A DNA stretch of 64,000 nt, taken from contig VJWM01000107.1 of the NCBI GenBank assembly GCA_010909165.1, positions 620,001 to 684,000 on the forward strand, in the 5' to 3' direction. The notes beneath the pieces were generated by a model. The model was not told the origin of the DNA and ran no database searches. It saw only the letters and a program-made list of their open reading frames with translations. A program made the translations under genes and the position numbers. Origin of the DNA: Anthoceros angustus. Taxonomy: Eukaryota > Plantae > Anthocerotophyta. Shown piece after piece: positions 1 through 16,026 of this stretch; position 1 is the stretch's first letter; each line of letters begins with the position of its first letter.

Positions 1-241
1 ATCCCCAACCCTAGCGCCGGAGGGGCGCCCAGCCTGATCCTTGACCCCTGCCTTCCGGCTACGTTGATTTTCTTCTAGATTGTGAAAGGACCTACAAATG
101 GCCTAGTAATGGCCGGAGAATTTCCTCCATTAGACATTACCCGTCCGGTTAGCTGACGTGGCCGCCACGCCAACAACTTGATGACGTGACAATCTTGATT
201 TGGAACACCGGAGTGTAACATTCTAAATATCCAACTCGTTT

Positions 242-465
242 ACACACACCCTAAAATGAGCCGCTCGGTCCGTACACACATCTTAAATGTCGCTCGCTGC
301 TTACACACATCCTAAATGTCGCTCGCTGCTTACACACATCCTAAATGTCGCTCGCTGCTTACACACATCCTAAATGTCGCTCACTGCTTACATACATTCT
401 AAATATGGTTCGCTGCTTACACACATCCTAAATGTCGCTCGCGGCTTGCACACATCCTAAATGTT
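242..465. repeat. 29-bp tandem minisatellite (ACACACATCCTAAATGTCGCTCGCTGCTT), about 7 copies
   Basis: Units read directly at 274, 303, 332, 361, 390, 419 and 448, with a degenerate unit at about 242. They are contiguous, with no spacers. Confidence 0.95.
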
Positions 466-1348
466 CGAATTGCCGCAAAGTTATTGGCGTTTGGCCTACT
501 CATGCTTGTATATTATCCTACTACCTACCTTTGTCATTATATAATAATAATAATACTATTATATTATTCCGTCATCCTATTAGTTATATAAACTATGAGA
601 TATTTAATTTATATTATTTTCTTATTTTGATAAGAAGTGGATACATACTCAAAAGAACATTCAAACCAAGGAAAGATTATGGCAGCAAGATTGATGAAAT
701 ATATGTAAATTATGACTTAAGGCAAGGGGGTCTATAAAGTTTGTATAGGTACTTTGATATGTTTCTTATTTTAATGCTACCAAATTAAGTGATATTTTTG
801 TACGAAGATCAATGTATGTGGGTAGTGAAAGAAGGTAGAGGAGCGAATTGGTGGAGGGATGTTTTTGAATGGACGTTAGTTGAACTCAAGAGGAGTGAGG
901 TAAGCCTGAAGGCATGGTTAGCTGAAACCGAGAGAAGAGGGAGGGATTTGGTCGGGTCGTTTGTCCTAGTGGGGAAAAAGTGGACGGCTACACAAGCCTT
1001 ACTTGGTCTGGTGCGGCCTCCCGATCAGCTCTCCCCTTTCACCTTCACCACCCTCTCTCAGGGTAGGCAGCCCAGCCAGGCGAGCCACGCCGGACTGGAC
1101 GACGCCCGGCCAAGGAAGTTCAGCAGCTACGACCATACAGCGGGCTGCACTGCTACACGCTGGTTCCTTCAAACCCTGTCTTTGACGGATCCAGCTGCGC
1201 CATCGCCCGGCGCATTGCCGGCCACGGACCGCAGATCGCACCGGGAGCAGCAGGCTAGGGTTCTGCAGATCCCCCGCCACATTTGTGACCGATCCGGGTG
1301 CCGGGGCATTGGATCTGCGGGCAGCGCCAGGATAGGGCGGCAGGAGAC

Positions 1349-4282
<2,934 letters not shown>

Positions 4283-5282
4283 GGATACATCAGGACCTTC
4301 ATACTTCATACTGGAGAAACCAATTGTCTGCTGTTCTGAACTTGCAGCCAGCAAGTTGAAGGTGCCCATCCCCTGGCGCCAGTCACTGTTTTCTGTTTCC
4401 TGAATGTGAGCAGAGTGGCATCATTCCATTGTGACCAATGTCCATTTGAGCTGTCAAAAGAGTAAAGCGAATGCCGATCATCTGCTGTCTGCATGGACGT
4501 CAGGACATCAATTTGACTGTTTGCTGCTATTTATGATGTCTCACCCAGTAGTGGGCTTGGTATGATCGTACTTTCTCCGAGGTTAGCGGTTGCATCCTGT
4601 CTTCAAGTAGCCTGTAAATTTAGGGAGCTCAGCCAAGTCTTTTGCCAGAGCCTAGTCTCCACTTTGCTCGGGATAGGCAAGGAGCATGGTTAACATGCAG
4701 TCGTGGAACGTTCTATTCCTGTAGAGTTAGCGAAGTATTTTGTCCAAGAGTTGTGGTCAATTGTGGAAAGGGAGGTGATTCTCCAGCCGTCCATGTAATA
4801 TGAGATTTCCTTCATATCGTTCGGTCCTCCCCTCTCAAGAAAATTAATGATTTTAATAACCTCAGAGGATGCATTTCTGCCTTGTGGAACTTTACGGGGT
4901 TGCGCAGCCGTGTACATGGCGGAGTCATCAGGGAAAGGTTGAACAGGTGTATGTCGTTTGCGGCACAGGGTGCTATTCTTCTCTCCTCAACACCGTTCAG
5001 GCGTGTTTTGGGCATGTGAGGAACAACCTCAAACTCCCGCGATGGGCGCGCGAGCGTTCCTTTGAAGTCGAGAACCGTGGGGCAAGACAGACAAATAGAG
5101 AATTGGTAAATCTGAAGACATTTACAGCCGATGACAGTTGTTTATATAATTTGAAGGTCGGCTTTGGCTTTGTCTCCAACGAGGCCATAAGAGTGATGGG
5201 GCGGGAACAAACGCCAGAAGATAACAGCGATCCGTCCAAGTTCCAAGCTCTACACTCTCGCGATAAATGGAAGCTAGGCTAC

Positions 5283-6372
5283 CTACGAACTACACTCAAC
5301 TGTTGTGTCAGAAATCGAGTCCTCCTGTTGCTGCTCACAAGCTGCTCCGCGGAGACTGTCATCCATCCGCATGCGCTTGCGAGGGTCTGCACTAGTGCGC
5401 TCACATGTCTCCTTATTCTCATAGTAGACCTTTCCCGTCTGCAAAATTACAGTGCAAGACAACCATCAGATTCATTCATGCATGCGCTCACAAATCCAAG
5501 CCCTACAACATGCTGCCGCCAACCGGGGAGACTGAGCGTACAATTCAGCCGGGGCAATAGAAGTCGGTGAAGGCAACAAGACTCACCTTTAGGTTCAAAA
5601 TTTGTTCCCAGCCGCAAGGCAAGGGCTCCGAATCCAGTTCAATCTGAGGTCCTGCGCCAAGCCATGCATCGTCGATACGGCTCCGCCAGTACGTCATTCG
5701 TTCCATCCATCCATGATAAGGAGTAACAGGACTGCCTTTTCTTTTACGACGGTCGACCTTGAGGGAGGTGTAATCCCTAGCCAGAGTCTCGTCTAGAATG
5801 GCAGAAGACAATGCAGCATTGAGATCACAAGTAGCCAGGAATCCGTCCAATCTGTTTCTGCTTGCCTTGAGCGGCTGGACATCCATGCCCTTGCTTGCCT
5901 CATCATCTGGTCTGCACTCATCCCCAGCGTTATCACCGACATCGTCTCCGAACTCCGACACGCAACTGGAGCTGCAGCCGGAGAGCTCCGATTCACCGAC
6001 ATGCTCCTGCAGGCGGAGCGTTCCACTGTCCGCCGAGCACTCGGTCGAGTGGATGCTGTCCTCTTGACTCGACAGGCTGCTGCTCTCTGAACCGACTGCA
6101 TTAAGGGAAAAAAGCAGCGCCAATTGATTCTGCATGGCATCAACGAGCTGAGGCGGCCATTGCGGCCCGGCGCTCCTCGATGGCGTTATCGTCTGGGATG
6201 ATTCCCTTCCATGGCACGCTCCAACATCGGAGGCGGCTGCACTTGCTGGCTTCTCGGCGCCCGTCATGTCCATGAACCGCCCCCGGCTGATGGTCTCGGC
6301 AATAGTGCTCACGCCCGGATCCTGATCAAGGATGGAGTACGCTCCTGCGGCTACAGGCCCCGCTCTCCCCAT
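5283..6372 (-). CDS. WW-domain protein, CFL1 (curly flag leaf 1)-like
   Basis: Exon 6372-5587 ends ...ELDSEPLPCGWEQILNLK|gtgagt. Exon 5438-5283 begins TGKVYYENKETCERTSADPR. Joined, they give the plant WW motif PLP.GWE..L.L.TG..YY.N..T...T..DPR. The start codon and any further 3' exon are uncertain. Confidence 0.75.
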
Positions 6373-6998
6373 GCAACCAGCCTCAAACCTCTCAAACCTC
6401 GCGTGCAATTGTGCCAGATCACAACTCCCTCCACCCTCTCGACCGTCACTGCATTATCCTCCACCCCGGCGCCCAGATACCCGCCACCTCAATCCTCAAA
6501 CGCAGGTACACTCTAACGCAGCCGCATCAGCAGCACAGACTCACACTCCAAGGTCCCAATTGCGCTAACAAGTCGCCGCAGATCGGGCTCCCAGAGCAGC
6601 GCATGCAACATCCACCTCCAAGAATTTTGGAACCAGCCGGCATCCAGGTCCCGTCACCCCACACCAAGACCGGAGTCGAAGAAGAGATAAGCGCTCACCG
6701 CAACGCGCCAAATTGCGCACCGAGGGCCAGAAACGGCCTAGAGACTCAAGAACACGCTCCCCGCCCAGACCAAAACCCACCTCCCCACTTTTGACGTAAG
6801 ACGGAGGATGCAACAACCCACCACGAATCGCCCACCGCCTCACGCGACCCCGCCCTCCCAAGACAAGCACAATTGCAACACCAAGACAACCCAGCAACGC
6901 AAGCAAGCCGGCCCAAGACACGAATCTGAGAAAGGAAAGGAACCCGAGAAAGGAAAGCCCTTGCCCCGCAAGCAAGTGCGGGCAGCGGAGCGGAAGCG

Positions 6999-7030
6999 CA
7001 GGAGGAGGAGGAGGAGGAGGAGGAGGAGGA
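6999..7030. repeat. (GGA)n trinucleotide microsatellite upstream of the WW gene
   Basis: About 10 GGA units read directly. Confidence 0.9.
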
Positions 7031-8372
7031 GAAGGAGAAGCGGCGGGAGCGGTGGAAGGCGGAGAAGACGAAGCAGTTGCCGGGCGAGGGCAGGCCAGAC
7101 AGACGGAGCTCTTAAACGGAATTCCGCACAAGAGAGAAGCAGGCAGGGCAAGAGGGGCGGAGGTGGAGGCGGCGGCAGGGCCAGTGGCAGAGGCAGAGGC
7201 AGAGGCGCAGTGGAGGCGCCAGCGAGCGCCAAAGCCCCCTAGCTGTGGGCGCTTCCTATCCTTCCAAGCGCCACGCCCCGAGGATGGCGAGATCGCGGGA
7301 TGAGCAATGGGCGTGCCGCCACTGCGCGCATCAGGCAAGAAAGAAGCCTGGCACGGCAGGCTTCTCGCAGGCCGCTCTCTCAGGGCGCAGCGAAGAGAGC
7401 AGAGCAAAGCGGAGGCGGGCAGCGGCAGGCCAGGCCAGGCCAGCCAAAGCCCAGGGCGGCTTCCTTCACGCAAAACTAAGACACAACTCTCCAAGCCTTA
7501 CCCCCAACAGGGGAAGAGAGAGACTCAACCCGCCTTGCACTCTCCCCGTAACCGCAGTTACGCTTATGACGGAACGGGCATTCACTGCCGGTGCACGGTT
7601 ACGCCCGCGGTTTAATGCGTATCCATCCTTTAATCTTCTTCTGTACACGGTACGCAATCCATTCCTTGCACGCACTTACTCCTCCCCACCCGGACCGGGC
7701 CCGGCCCCACGGGACGGGACGGGGCTGAAGAAAACGGAACGGGCCCAGCCCCGCGTTAGAACGGCTGCCCACTTATTTAATTTCCCCGTACCCACTACCC
7801 CTTTTCCTTTCCTTGTTTATTCTTCTTTTGTACAGCCTCCTCCTCCCTCCTCCAATAGCCTCCTCTCCACCCCCTTCATTCCTGCCGTATAACTCTAGCC
7901 ATTCCAACATTTCTCGTCCAGCTTACCTTTTCCCCTTCTCAGAATACTCATTTCTGCTACCTCCACTATAATCTACACGTCATACAAACACAAATATCGA
8001 GAAAGACTCCACCTTTGGGATATTGCCTTCCTCAAAAGAAACAGGTTGATCTTGGAAGTTGCGCACCTGAGTTATCAACTTCTCTAAACCTCCAAAACCC
8101 TTGGATTACAAAAAATGTATTGAATTAAATTCAAAAACAAGGTATGATAAGGCATATATTGAGGAGGACACAAGCTACATAGTCTAGTTAGAGCTAAATC
8201 TTTTAGACAGAAGTTGGTGAGAGCAAAGTAAGGGGAGTTTATTTCCGTAAACAAGAGACGACAAAAGAGCTGTGGTGGTTTCTTGGGGGCCGTTCCGTTG
8301 GCGTCCCTCCAACGACAGGGCGGGGCCGGGGGCGGGGGTCCAGAAGGTTCAGAGCCCGAGACCAACGTGAGA

Positions 8373-8405
8373 GGACGGGACGGGACGGGACGGGACGGGA
8401 CGGGA
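8373..8405. repeat. (GGGAC)n pentanucleotide microsatellite
   Basis: ggacgggacgggacgggacgggacgggacggga. Confidence 0.9.
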
Positions 8406-11400
8406 GTGAAGAGAGCCGGAGTGAATGTGAACTGCGGTTAGAGCTGGGGGGCCGCTAAGATAGGGGGAGCCGGTGGCAGCGGCAGCCGGTGCTTGGCAGG
8501 TAGCGGGGAAAGGGTAACATTGTCTGGCGGTCATGACAAGGAGACGACGAGACGCCCAAACGCGGCGGTTGGCTGTCAGCGGGAGGCGTCAGTGGAGGCA
8601 GCGACAGGCTATTCTGGCGGTCCGCTAAAGCAGCAGAGTTTAACCCGACGTGGGCACGTCGGGCTGAGCGGTTTTGGACGGACGCCCGTGCGGCCCGCGC
8701 TTGACGGAACGTGGAACCACGACCTGACTGACGATCTGGAGTGTCGAGTGAGTGTAGAGTGTCGAGTGTCGTGTCCCGGACCCGGCGTGTATGTAGCCGG
8801 GCGGGGCTCGGGTAGTTATCTTCCCGGGCGTCATCCGCAGCGGGCACGCGCAAAAGGCAAAAGTGGGGTGGGGCGGCCGTACCGTCTCTCACGCGCCGTG
8901 GTCGTACAGCGGCAGGAGCGGCAGGCTTTCGGTTGTTTGGCGGCATTGGCACTGCCGCGGCTTGGAGGTCGCAGCTCCGGACCCCTGGGCTTGTGATGTG
9001 AAGGCGTTTAATCTCGCACGCCTTGGGTATGTTATGTTGCGAAGGAACGATCGTGTTGCAGCAGAGGATGCAGGTGACCACCCATGCCTGTATGATTGGG
9101 AACCCAGCACGTCAGGGTGCGGAAATTACAGTTGCTGGTGCCGCATCAGCATGCCATCTCCGGGCCCCCGCCGAGCTGCTGCAGCCTGCGAGCAATCAGG
9201 AGCCGAGTGGAGTTATCTATCTACGTAGCTTGCTCCAATGGTTGGTGGTAATGGTGTGGTATGCGGAATTGAATGGAGGATGGAGATGCCGACCTACGAC
9301 CAGTTCAAGGAGAGCGCGACACGGACTTCGGTGCTGATATCAGCGGGAGGGACAGCAAAGCGGGTTTCAGTCCTTCACACATGCGGGATATGCATACATT
9401 AGGGCAAGGGGATGGATTGGAGTAGCGTTGGAAAAGCGGGGAGCGCAGGAGGCGCGGGAGGTGTGTGCTGTGCTGTGCGGAAGGGAAGGGAAGGGGATCA
9501 TTCTCACTTGTGCGAGGCAGGCCGGGCAGTGGCAGTGGCAGTGGCCGTGGCAGTGGCGATGCTGGCGCACACAAAGGCTGGCTACTCCGCTCCAAAACGT
9601 CCGTCCATGCTCACGCACATAACCTGATCAGAGCCCCGGCGTGTCAGTGTTTCCTGCACCTCCTCTGCTCCCGCTACTGCTCCGCCTCCTGCTCCTGGAC
9701 TCCTGCTGCCTGGCTGGCTGTGCGCCTAATCATCGCTTATCGCTGCACGAGGGAGGGAGCGAGCGAGGCAGCGAGGCAGCGGGCGAACCCTTTCCTTTTT
9801 GGCGGACGTGTGTTGCGGAGGGCCGCGCTCGCCACCGCCGGCGGGAGCCCGGTCGCCCTATTAATGGTGCCTGTCGGTTTGCCTGCGCTGCTCGCCATCT
9901 CCGTCCGCCAAGTTGCCTGCCCCCGGCACCGGATTGCTGGCGCGTGAATTCATGCGCACTGCGTCCTCTTGCGTATGCCAGTGGGCAATTCTAGGAGGTA
10001 TGTATGAAAGCCTCCCCCGCCTCCACTTGTACTGCTTTGTTCTCCAGTACTCGCCGTCGTTTACAGGCCTTTGGCATCGGGATGAGATCGACGGCGGTTA
10101 TCTTGGAACAAGGCGTGAGAGTGGTGGCGCACCTCATTCTTCTTGCTCCGTGCTTTTGCCGTTTCCTTTTGTATCTCCGGTCTATGTATGTATGTCTTGT
10201 CCCACATCCCTATGGGCACTGTACAAACTCCTGTACAGTATGTGTGCTGTCAGTGCCATGGAAGATGCGTATATTATCAAGATATGTACATGGGTGCATG
10301 ACCTTTTGTGTATGAGCGGCAGCAGATGACGTTCTGGTTGCGTGGAGCATTGCTTGCCTTCTCTCAGATGCGCAGGTAGCGGCAAGTTGCTGCAAACCTC
10401 GGACCAGCACCAGCACCAGCACCAGCCCCAGCCCTGGTCTTATTTGGGGAGAGGCAGTCAACAATCGGGGGCCAGGGGTCAAGGAATGAGGGCATCAGTC
10501 GACATCACGGCATGGGGGTTGCTGAGTTGGAAAGCTGTCCTTGGGTTTCACTCTCACCTTCACCGCAATGAGACGAATGGTACGATTGCAGGCACTATGA
10601 AAGTGAAGCGCGCATTCCATGGCCTTTTCTGGCCAGCAGTCGATTGCAGATCTGGCCTCAGTGCGGTCCTTACGATTCTCTGTTACGAGACTGTGTGCCT
10701 GCTTGTGAGGACGCTTACCGGCATTCAACCGCATTCAACACTAAGATAAGCAAGTACACGGGTGTGCACTGTGCGGGTGGAGGAGAAGTGAAGGTTCCCA
10801 TATCAGTTGGGGTTTATGTATGTGTGTGTACATGAGGATAAGAGCATGCGCATCGGCATGCCGTGGTTGGGCATGTGTGGGACCTCGGGGGCCGTGCACG
10901 CAAGACAAAGTGAAGGAGGACAGGACAGGGTGACCGACTTGGGGGGCCGAGAATCGAGGCGTGGTCGGCTCCGGGGGCAGCATCGGCATCTGCTGGATGC
11001 GTTTCTGTTGCTCGCGGCCCGATCAGGGCTACGCTCTAAAAATATTTCGGGGCCGTGATTCTCCCCGGGATTTCGCCAAATCGGAAGCTACCAAAGGGGA
11101 TTGCGGGCACCGCCGGGTCCAGGTCCAGGTCCAGGGCTCCAGGCGCATCGGTTTCTCACTTCCGATGACCGGGATCATTGGATCATTGGATCATTGCAGG
11201 CAGATGAGCTGCCCTATTCGCCGCCGACGCCACCGCCATGTTCATGTCGCATGGCATGCATGTGGGAGCATGATGGGAATTTGCAGGCAGGCTGGGCCAC
11301 TTTGATCTTCTGTACATCCATCCTTGATGATCTCCTCCGCCTTCTGTGAGTGAGAGTGATCGCTTAGCAGCAGTGAGAGAGACGCGATGGCGATGATACC

Positions 11401-14281
11401 GTCACGACTGGAGAGCACTTTCTTGTGTGCATTGATGGGTTGTGGTCCCAGTATTAACTTGGAGCCCGGTTTGCGTTTATGAAGATGAGGTCACTAGGCA
11501 CGACATGCAGCGCAGCACAGCCTTCCGTTCTACTCTACAGCGCTTTGATGAGGCCAACGTGAGCTGGAGTGCGGGCTAATTGCATCGGATGAGAGCCCTT
11601 GGGGAGCAAGCAACCTTTCTTTAGCTCGCTCGGAATGAATGCATGCACTTGTGCATGATGGTGGAGGCGAAGTAGGGGGGGTGGGGCATGGGCCGGCCCG
11701 GTCCGGGCCGGCACCGGGCACCGGGCACCGGGCACCAGGCTCCGGGCTCCCGACTCCCGCCTCCTCCTTTCCAACTCGGGAGTCGGGTTGCCCTGCACGC
11801 CAGGGGTTTTTGCCAGGACCGCGTGCCTGCCCTGCAAGGCTGCACCCGGTCCCCAGCAGGACACTCCACCCTGTTGGTGGGATGGCGGAGGCAGAGGCAG
11901 AGGAGTAGCCCTGGGCCGTGCCCCGGTCTCAGGCCCCCAGTTGATAACAATGCAGTATATTTAATGGCCCAGCAAGTACTGAAGCTGGAGCACAAGTGTG
12001 TACCGGGGGCAGGTTTGGCGTCTAGCACATGAATGCGTTGCAGTGCCGGCATGCGGGGCCGGTTCTGTTTCTGGTACCGTCGCCAGGCCTACGGCCAGGG
12101 CCAGGGCCAGCGCCAGCGCCAGCGGCAGCGCCAGCGCCAGCGCCACCGGGCGGGTGGCACACTGGCAGTGGGAAGGAAGCTACATGGTATCCACACATAC
12201 TATACTGTATAAGGTGACGACGTTCCAAGTGGGCGTGTCAGGGACTTGCAGGCAGACAGGCACTCGCAAGCATTCATGCTTTCATTCTTTCCCGGCGGGA
12301 ATCATTGATTAGTGCGCACTAAAGTTAAACCAGGCTTTGTTGCCAGCTTCCATTATGCGCAGCGCCGGTGATGATTGGGGCATGGAAGCGCCATGGCCCG
12401 GCGCTAAGCAAGATCTCACTCCATAATGGGGGCCATTCCTCCTCATGTACCGCAAGTGACACTGAGTGTGTGTCACTGCGTCGGCACTAAATAGGGGGAA
12501 TTGGTATGCCTCCACCGGAGGCATCGCAGTACTGCCCATTCATGTCCGCTGCTAATCAAACATGGCAGCACTGATGGCTCCCTGAATAAAGTAACCACGG
12601 CACAAATGTGGCTTGTGCCGGGTCTAATGCGGTCAAGGAGAATCTGGAGGCGACAGGCGCCGCGCTTGAAGGGCCACCTACATACAGCTTGCGGCAGCTG
12701 AGCAGCTGAGCAGCAGCAGGGTGGCAGACAGGCAGGCGCCTGGGGGGACTGCCTCCCAAAAATGCCAGGCGCCTCATTTCCATTGGAGTTTATCTCCATA
12801 AGCTCGCTGGAGGCGCGCTAATTTGTCTTGTCTGCACTGGCGCAGGTTCACATGGGCCGTCAAAATGAGAGAACGCGGTGACCGAAGCAAAGCAGGCGTG
12901 ACTTTGGATGTGTTTGTCGTCTCGAGTCTCCACAACCGCCAGTTGTAAGCAATCCTTCCTCCCGAGCCCGATGGGTTCCTTGAACCTTCGGGCTTCGTCA
13001 TCATGCTCCGATTTGACCAGTCAACAAATGGAGTGACGGGAGGTGAGCCTTCAAGCCTTGCCTCGATGATTACAACACATGTAACTTATGGCGTGCACAT
13101 GGGCCCTTGGCAAATGCAGTGCGCCACAACCAGAAATCCCTCGGGACCTGCCTCTTCATCGCACACAATTGGGCTGGCTTTGTCGGTAGACTGCGAATGC
13201 GACTGCAACTGCAACTGCAACTGCGATAGGGCTGGACGGGACGGAACCTGGTCCTTGGAGATTCATGTTTGGAATCCTGCTGCATTGCTTTTCTCTTTCG
13301 CTCCTTTCCTTTTTGCTGCTTGCTTGAAGTCGGTCCTGCCTGGTCCAGACTCGTCATCCTTGTAGCAGGCCTGCACTTTCGTCTGTGTATGTGTGTATGT
13401 TAGTATGATGTATATACGGGTAGGTAGTACGTCCCGTGTTGTGTTATGAATGATCACGAGCTTGCCCCCTTTCTTTAACGCTCGCTTTGTCTGTGTGTAG
13501 GAGTCCGGACGGTCTTCGTATACGGCCCACCACGGTGTTGCTTACAGTTACGGTATTGTGCCAGATGGCCGGACCCGGTGCGATTAGTGCACACCTAGGC
13601 TGGAATCTCAACCTTTCAAAAAAAACGTGTTTTCATTTCTTTGTATGCGGCGTAGGAGGTCATGCTCTTAATGCATCTTCAAAATAAAGGGTTCCTTGTT
13701 CGATGTTTGTTATAGATAAGTTGAATATTATAAAAATTTAAAAAATTAAATCATATTGTGCATCAGTTAAGCGTCCTTCAAAGAATTACATTCTTGGAAG
13801 AAACATTAGAGATTAAAATAATATTCTAGACGATATGATTTGTAGTCCAATTTTTTGCAATACTAGTTAACTCACACCATTTACAACTTTTTATCCAACC
13901 CTTGTCGACCCTGCTCTAGGTTGCTGGAAATATGTCAATCATACCAAAGTTTTTCCTTATGTGAAATGAGTAGTTCACAAGATGACCCAAGATAAATGTG
14001 CCACATTATTTACAGTATCTCATGCTCAGTCTTCAATACTACACAAGTAATCAACCTTGGCTTCAACAATCTTGTTGTTTGGCCTTCTCAGTTGTAATTC
14101 TTTATATAATCTAAGCGATATTTCACAAACAAAGAAAAAAACTTCACAAGTAACTTTGAGTAGTCATTCCAAGGAATAATTCACCTAATACACGGTCTCA
14201 CGGACTTCACAAAATCCACAAATATTGCAAAAGACTTGTAGGAACATTTTTTTTCTTTCATGTTTGCATATAATTCAGCAT

Positions 14282-14681
14282 TTTTTTCGTGCAGAAAAAT
14301 TTAATTATGAATAAGGGCATTACAAAGGAGCATCGGGTGTGAGCTGTTAGAGATGGGTTACCCGCTACGTACATACGTGATTCTGCACTAGATGCAAGTC
14401 TCGTCAATGTCTTAGATGACGAGCCTCTCATCTCTTCCACAATGGAGAATAGTCCGTCTATGTAGAGCACGAAGAAGAGCAAACAACTTATCAAGTTGTA
14501 ATAGAAAGATAATGTAGAACCTGGCTCTTTGCGCGGCAAAGTTGCGCTACAAAGACCTTTTCCTTACGCTACTCGGGCGCCCATCCCCCAATCGTCATTG
14601 ATGAAGCACAACGCCTCCCGAAGTGGGTCCGTGTCCACTCGAACTAGCACATTTAGCTTGTTCTTCAAAAGGAACTTCTAT
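14282..14681 (-). mobile_element. About 400-bp 5'-truncated retroposed insertion (LINE 3' end or mRNA retrocopy)
   Basis: Absent from the paralogous position (21380-21400). Flanked by an imperfect direct repeat, TTCAGCAT (14274-14281) and TTCAACAT (14682-14689). It starts with a T-tract, which is an A-tail on the minus strand. The minus strand carries an ORF end (KFLLKNKLNVLVRVDTDPLREALCFINDDWGMGARVA*) followed by a UTR-like stretch. Confidence 0.6.
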
Positions 14682-14737
14682 TTCAACATAGGATTTTCAA
14701 AATTGCTTTTGGCTTTCCATGTTCTAATTTTTGTCGC

Positions 14738-15032
14738 ATGGGGATGAGTATTAAGTTTAAAATCTACCACCCAATATTTGCTATATTCTCATTTATTTTT
14801 TAGATGTAAAATTGTATATTCGCAAGAGTATTTTGATGGCACCATTACTCAGTTGGGTGCAATGGAGTACAAAAATTGACATAAAATCAAAAAATTCTTA
14901 TATATCTTCTTCATGCTAAATCAAGTAGTGAAAACTGTACTATTTGATACATGTGGAGGTTCTAGAGGTATGTGTATTCATGTGAAAGATTGCAAAGTAC
15001 AATTTGAGTTCTATGCATTCAAGGGTGATTAA
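14738..15032 (+). pseudogene. Ginkbilobin-2/DUF26-like pseudogene, copy A
   Basis: Aligns to 21450-21893 at both ends (atgagtattaagtttaaa... and ...gattgcaaagtacaatttgagttc). It has frameshifts and lacks the central ~150 bp that encodes the C-x7-C-x2-C motif. Confidence 0.85.
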
Positions 15033-15954
15033 AAAGTCTATTACGTTGAAAATGGAGTATCTACATATTCACCTATTTACAACACAAGGTATGTTATGAA
15101 GTATTATTTCAACAATAGATGCGATATTTTATCCTAATGAAATACTTGGTCGAACAAATCCCGAAGAATGAGTTCTTAAGTGCGTGCGAGACACTTCTTA
15201 AATAAACTTGAAACATGAAACTAAGGAGCATACAAGTCTAGATGGAAACAATAATCTAAATTCAATTCTATATCTGTGTGAAGTCCAATGATTGTGATAG
15301 TTTAGAGTTTTGATGCATAAGAATCATACTACCATATTTGCTTAGCTTCAACTCATGCTTGTAGATCTGGATTTGAAGGTTTATTTCATAGAAAATTCTT
15401 AGAGATGCCCCAGAGCAAGTTCGATGTGCGGGGGAAGAGAATCGGAGATACCAAGCTTGCACAGGGATGGGGCCTACCGACGGGTGGCCTTCACGTGTGG
15501 GTGTGCTGGTGGCACCGTGGCTAGCCCGCTCGCGCTGCAGCGGTCGGAAGGCGCTGCGAATCCCTTAAGCTCACAACCCAGCAGCTCCAGAGCCATCCAT
15601 GGCTTGGCAAGACGACGGATGGGTTGTGGGTCCGCTTCCTGGCCGGCCACGCTCCTCCCGACGTGCCCATTGGCCATCTTCACCACTTACCCGCGACTAG
15701 ATACATATGTAGACTCGCACAGATACATGCCGTGCCCCTGCTCCCGCTTCCGCTCCTGCTCCTGCTCCTGCTCCTGCCCGCCCAAGAATAAAGCCGGAGA
15801 GCGGAATCGGGATTCTTGTCGAATTCCAACGTCTTTGGGCGACACGCTGCATCTTCATCTGCATTCCCTTCCCCCCAACAATTCCTATTCCAATCCCGTG
15901 TCTGCCACGCCCACCCTAATATCCCCCGTTCTTGGCGCATATACATGCGTAGCC

Positions 15955-16026
15955 CACAGGGCACAGGGCACAGGGCACAGGGCACAGGGCACAGGGCACA
16001 GGGCACAGGGCACAGGGCACAGGGCA
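15955..16026. repeat. (CACAGGG)n heptanucleotide microsatellite, about 10 copies
   Basis: Read directly. Confidence 0.95.

Noticed and set aside
242-465. 29-bp repeats as a CRISPR array
   Set aside because: The units are contiguous with no unique spacers, the context is eukaryotic, and there are no cas genes.
6565-7892. Long overlapping ORFs with poly-R, poly-P or poly-L
   Set aside because: They come from GC-rich microsatellites in several frames and have no recognisable domain.
13003-13365. RNPSGPASSSH as a CLE-like peptide
   Set aside because: There is no signal peptide, the motif is internal, and it matches the 12-aa CLE consensus poorly.
7900-13700. Conserved miRNA precursors (miR160, 166, 171, 319, 408, 530)
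   Set aside because: Only short partial matches were seen by eye, with no full mature sequence or clear hairpin.
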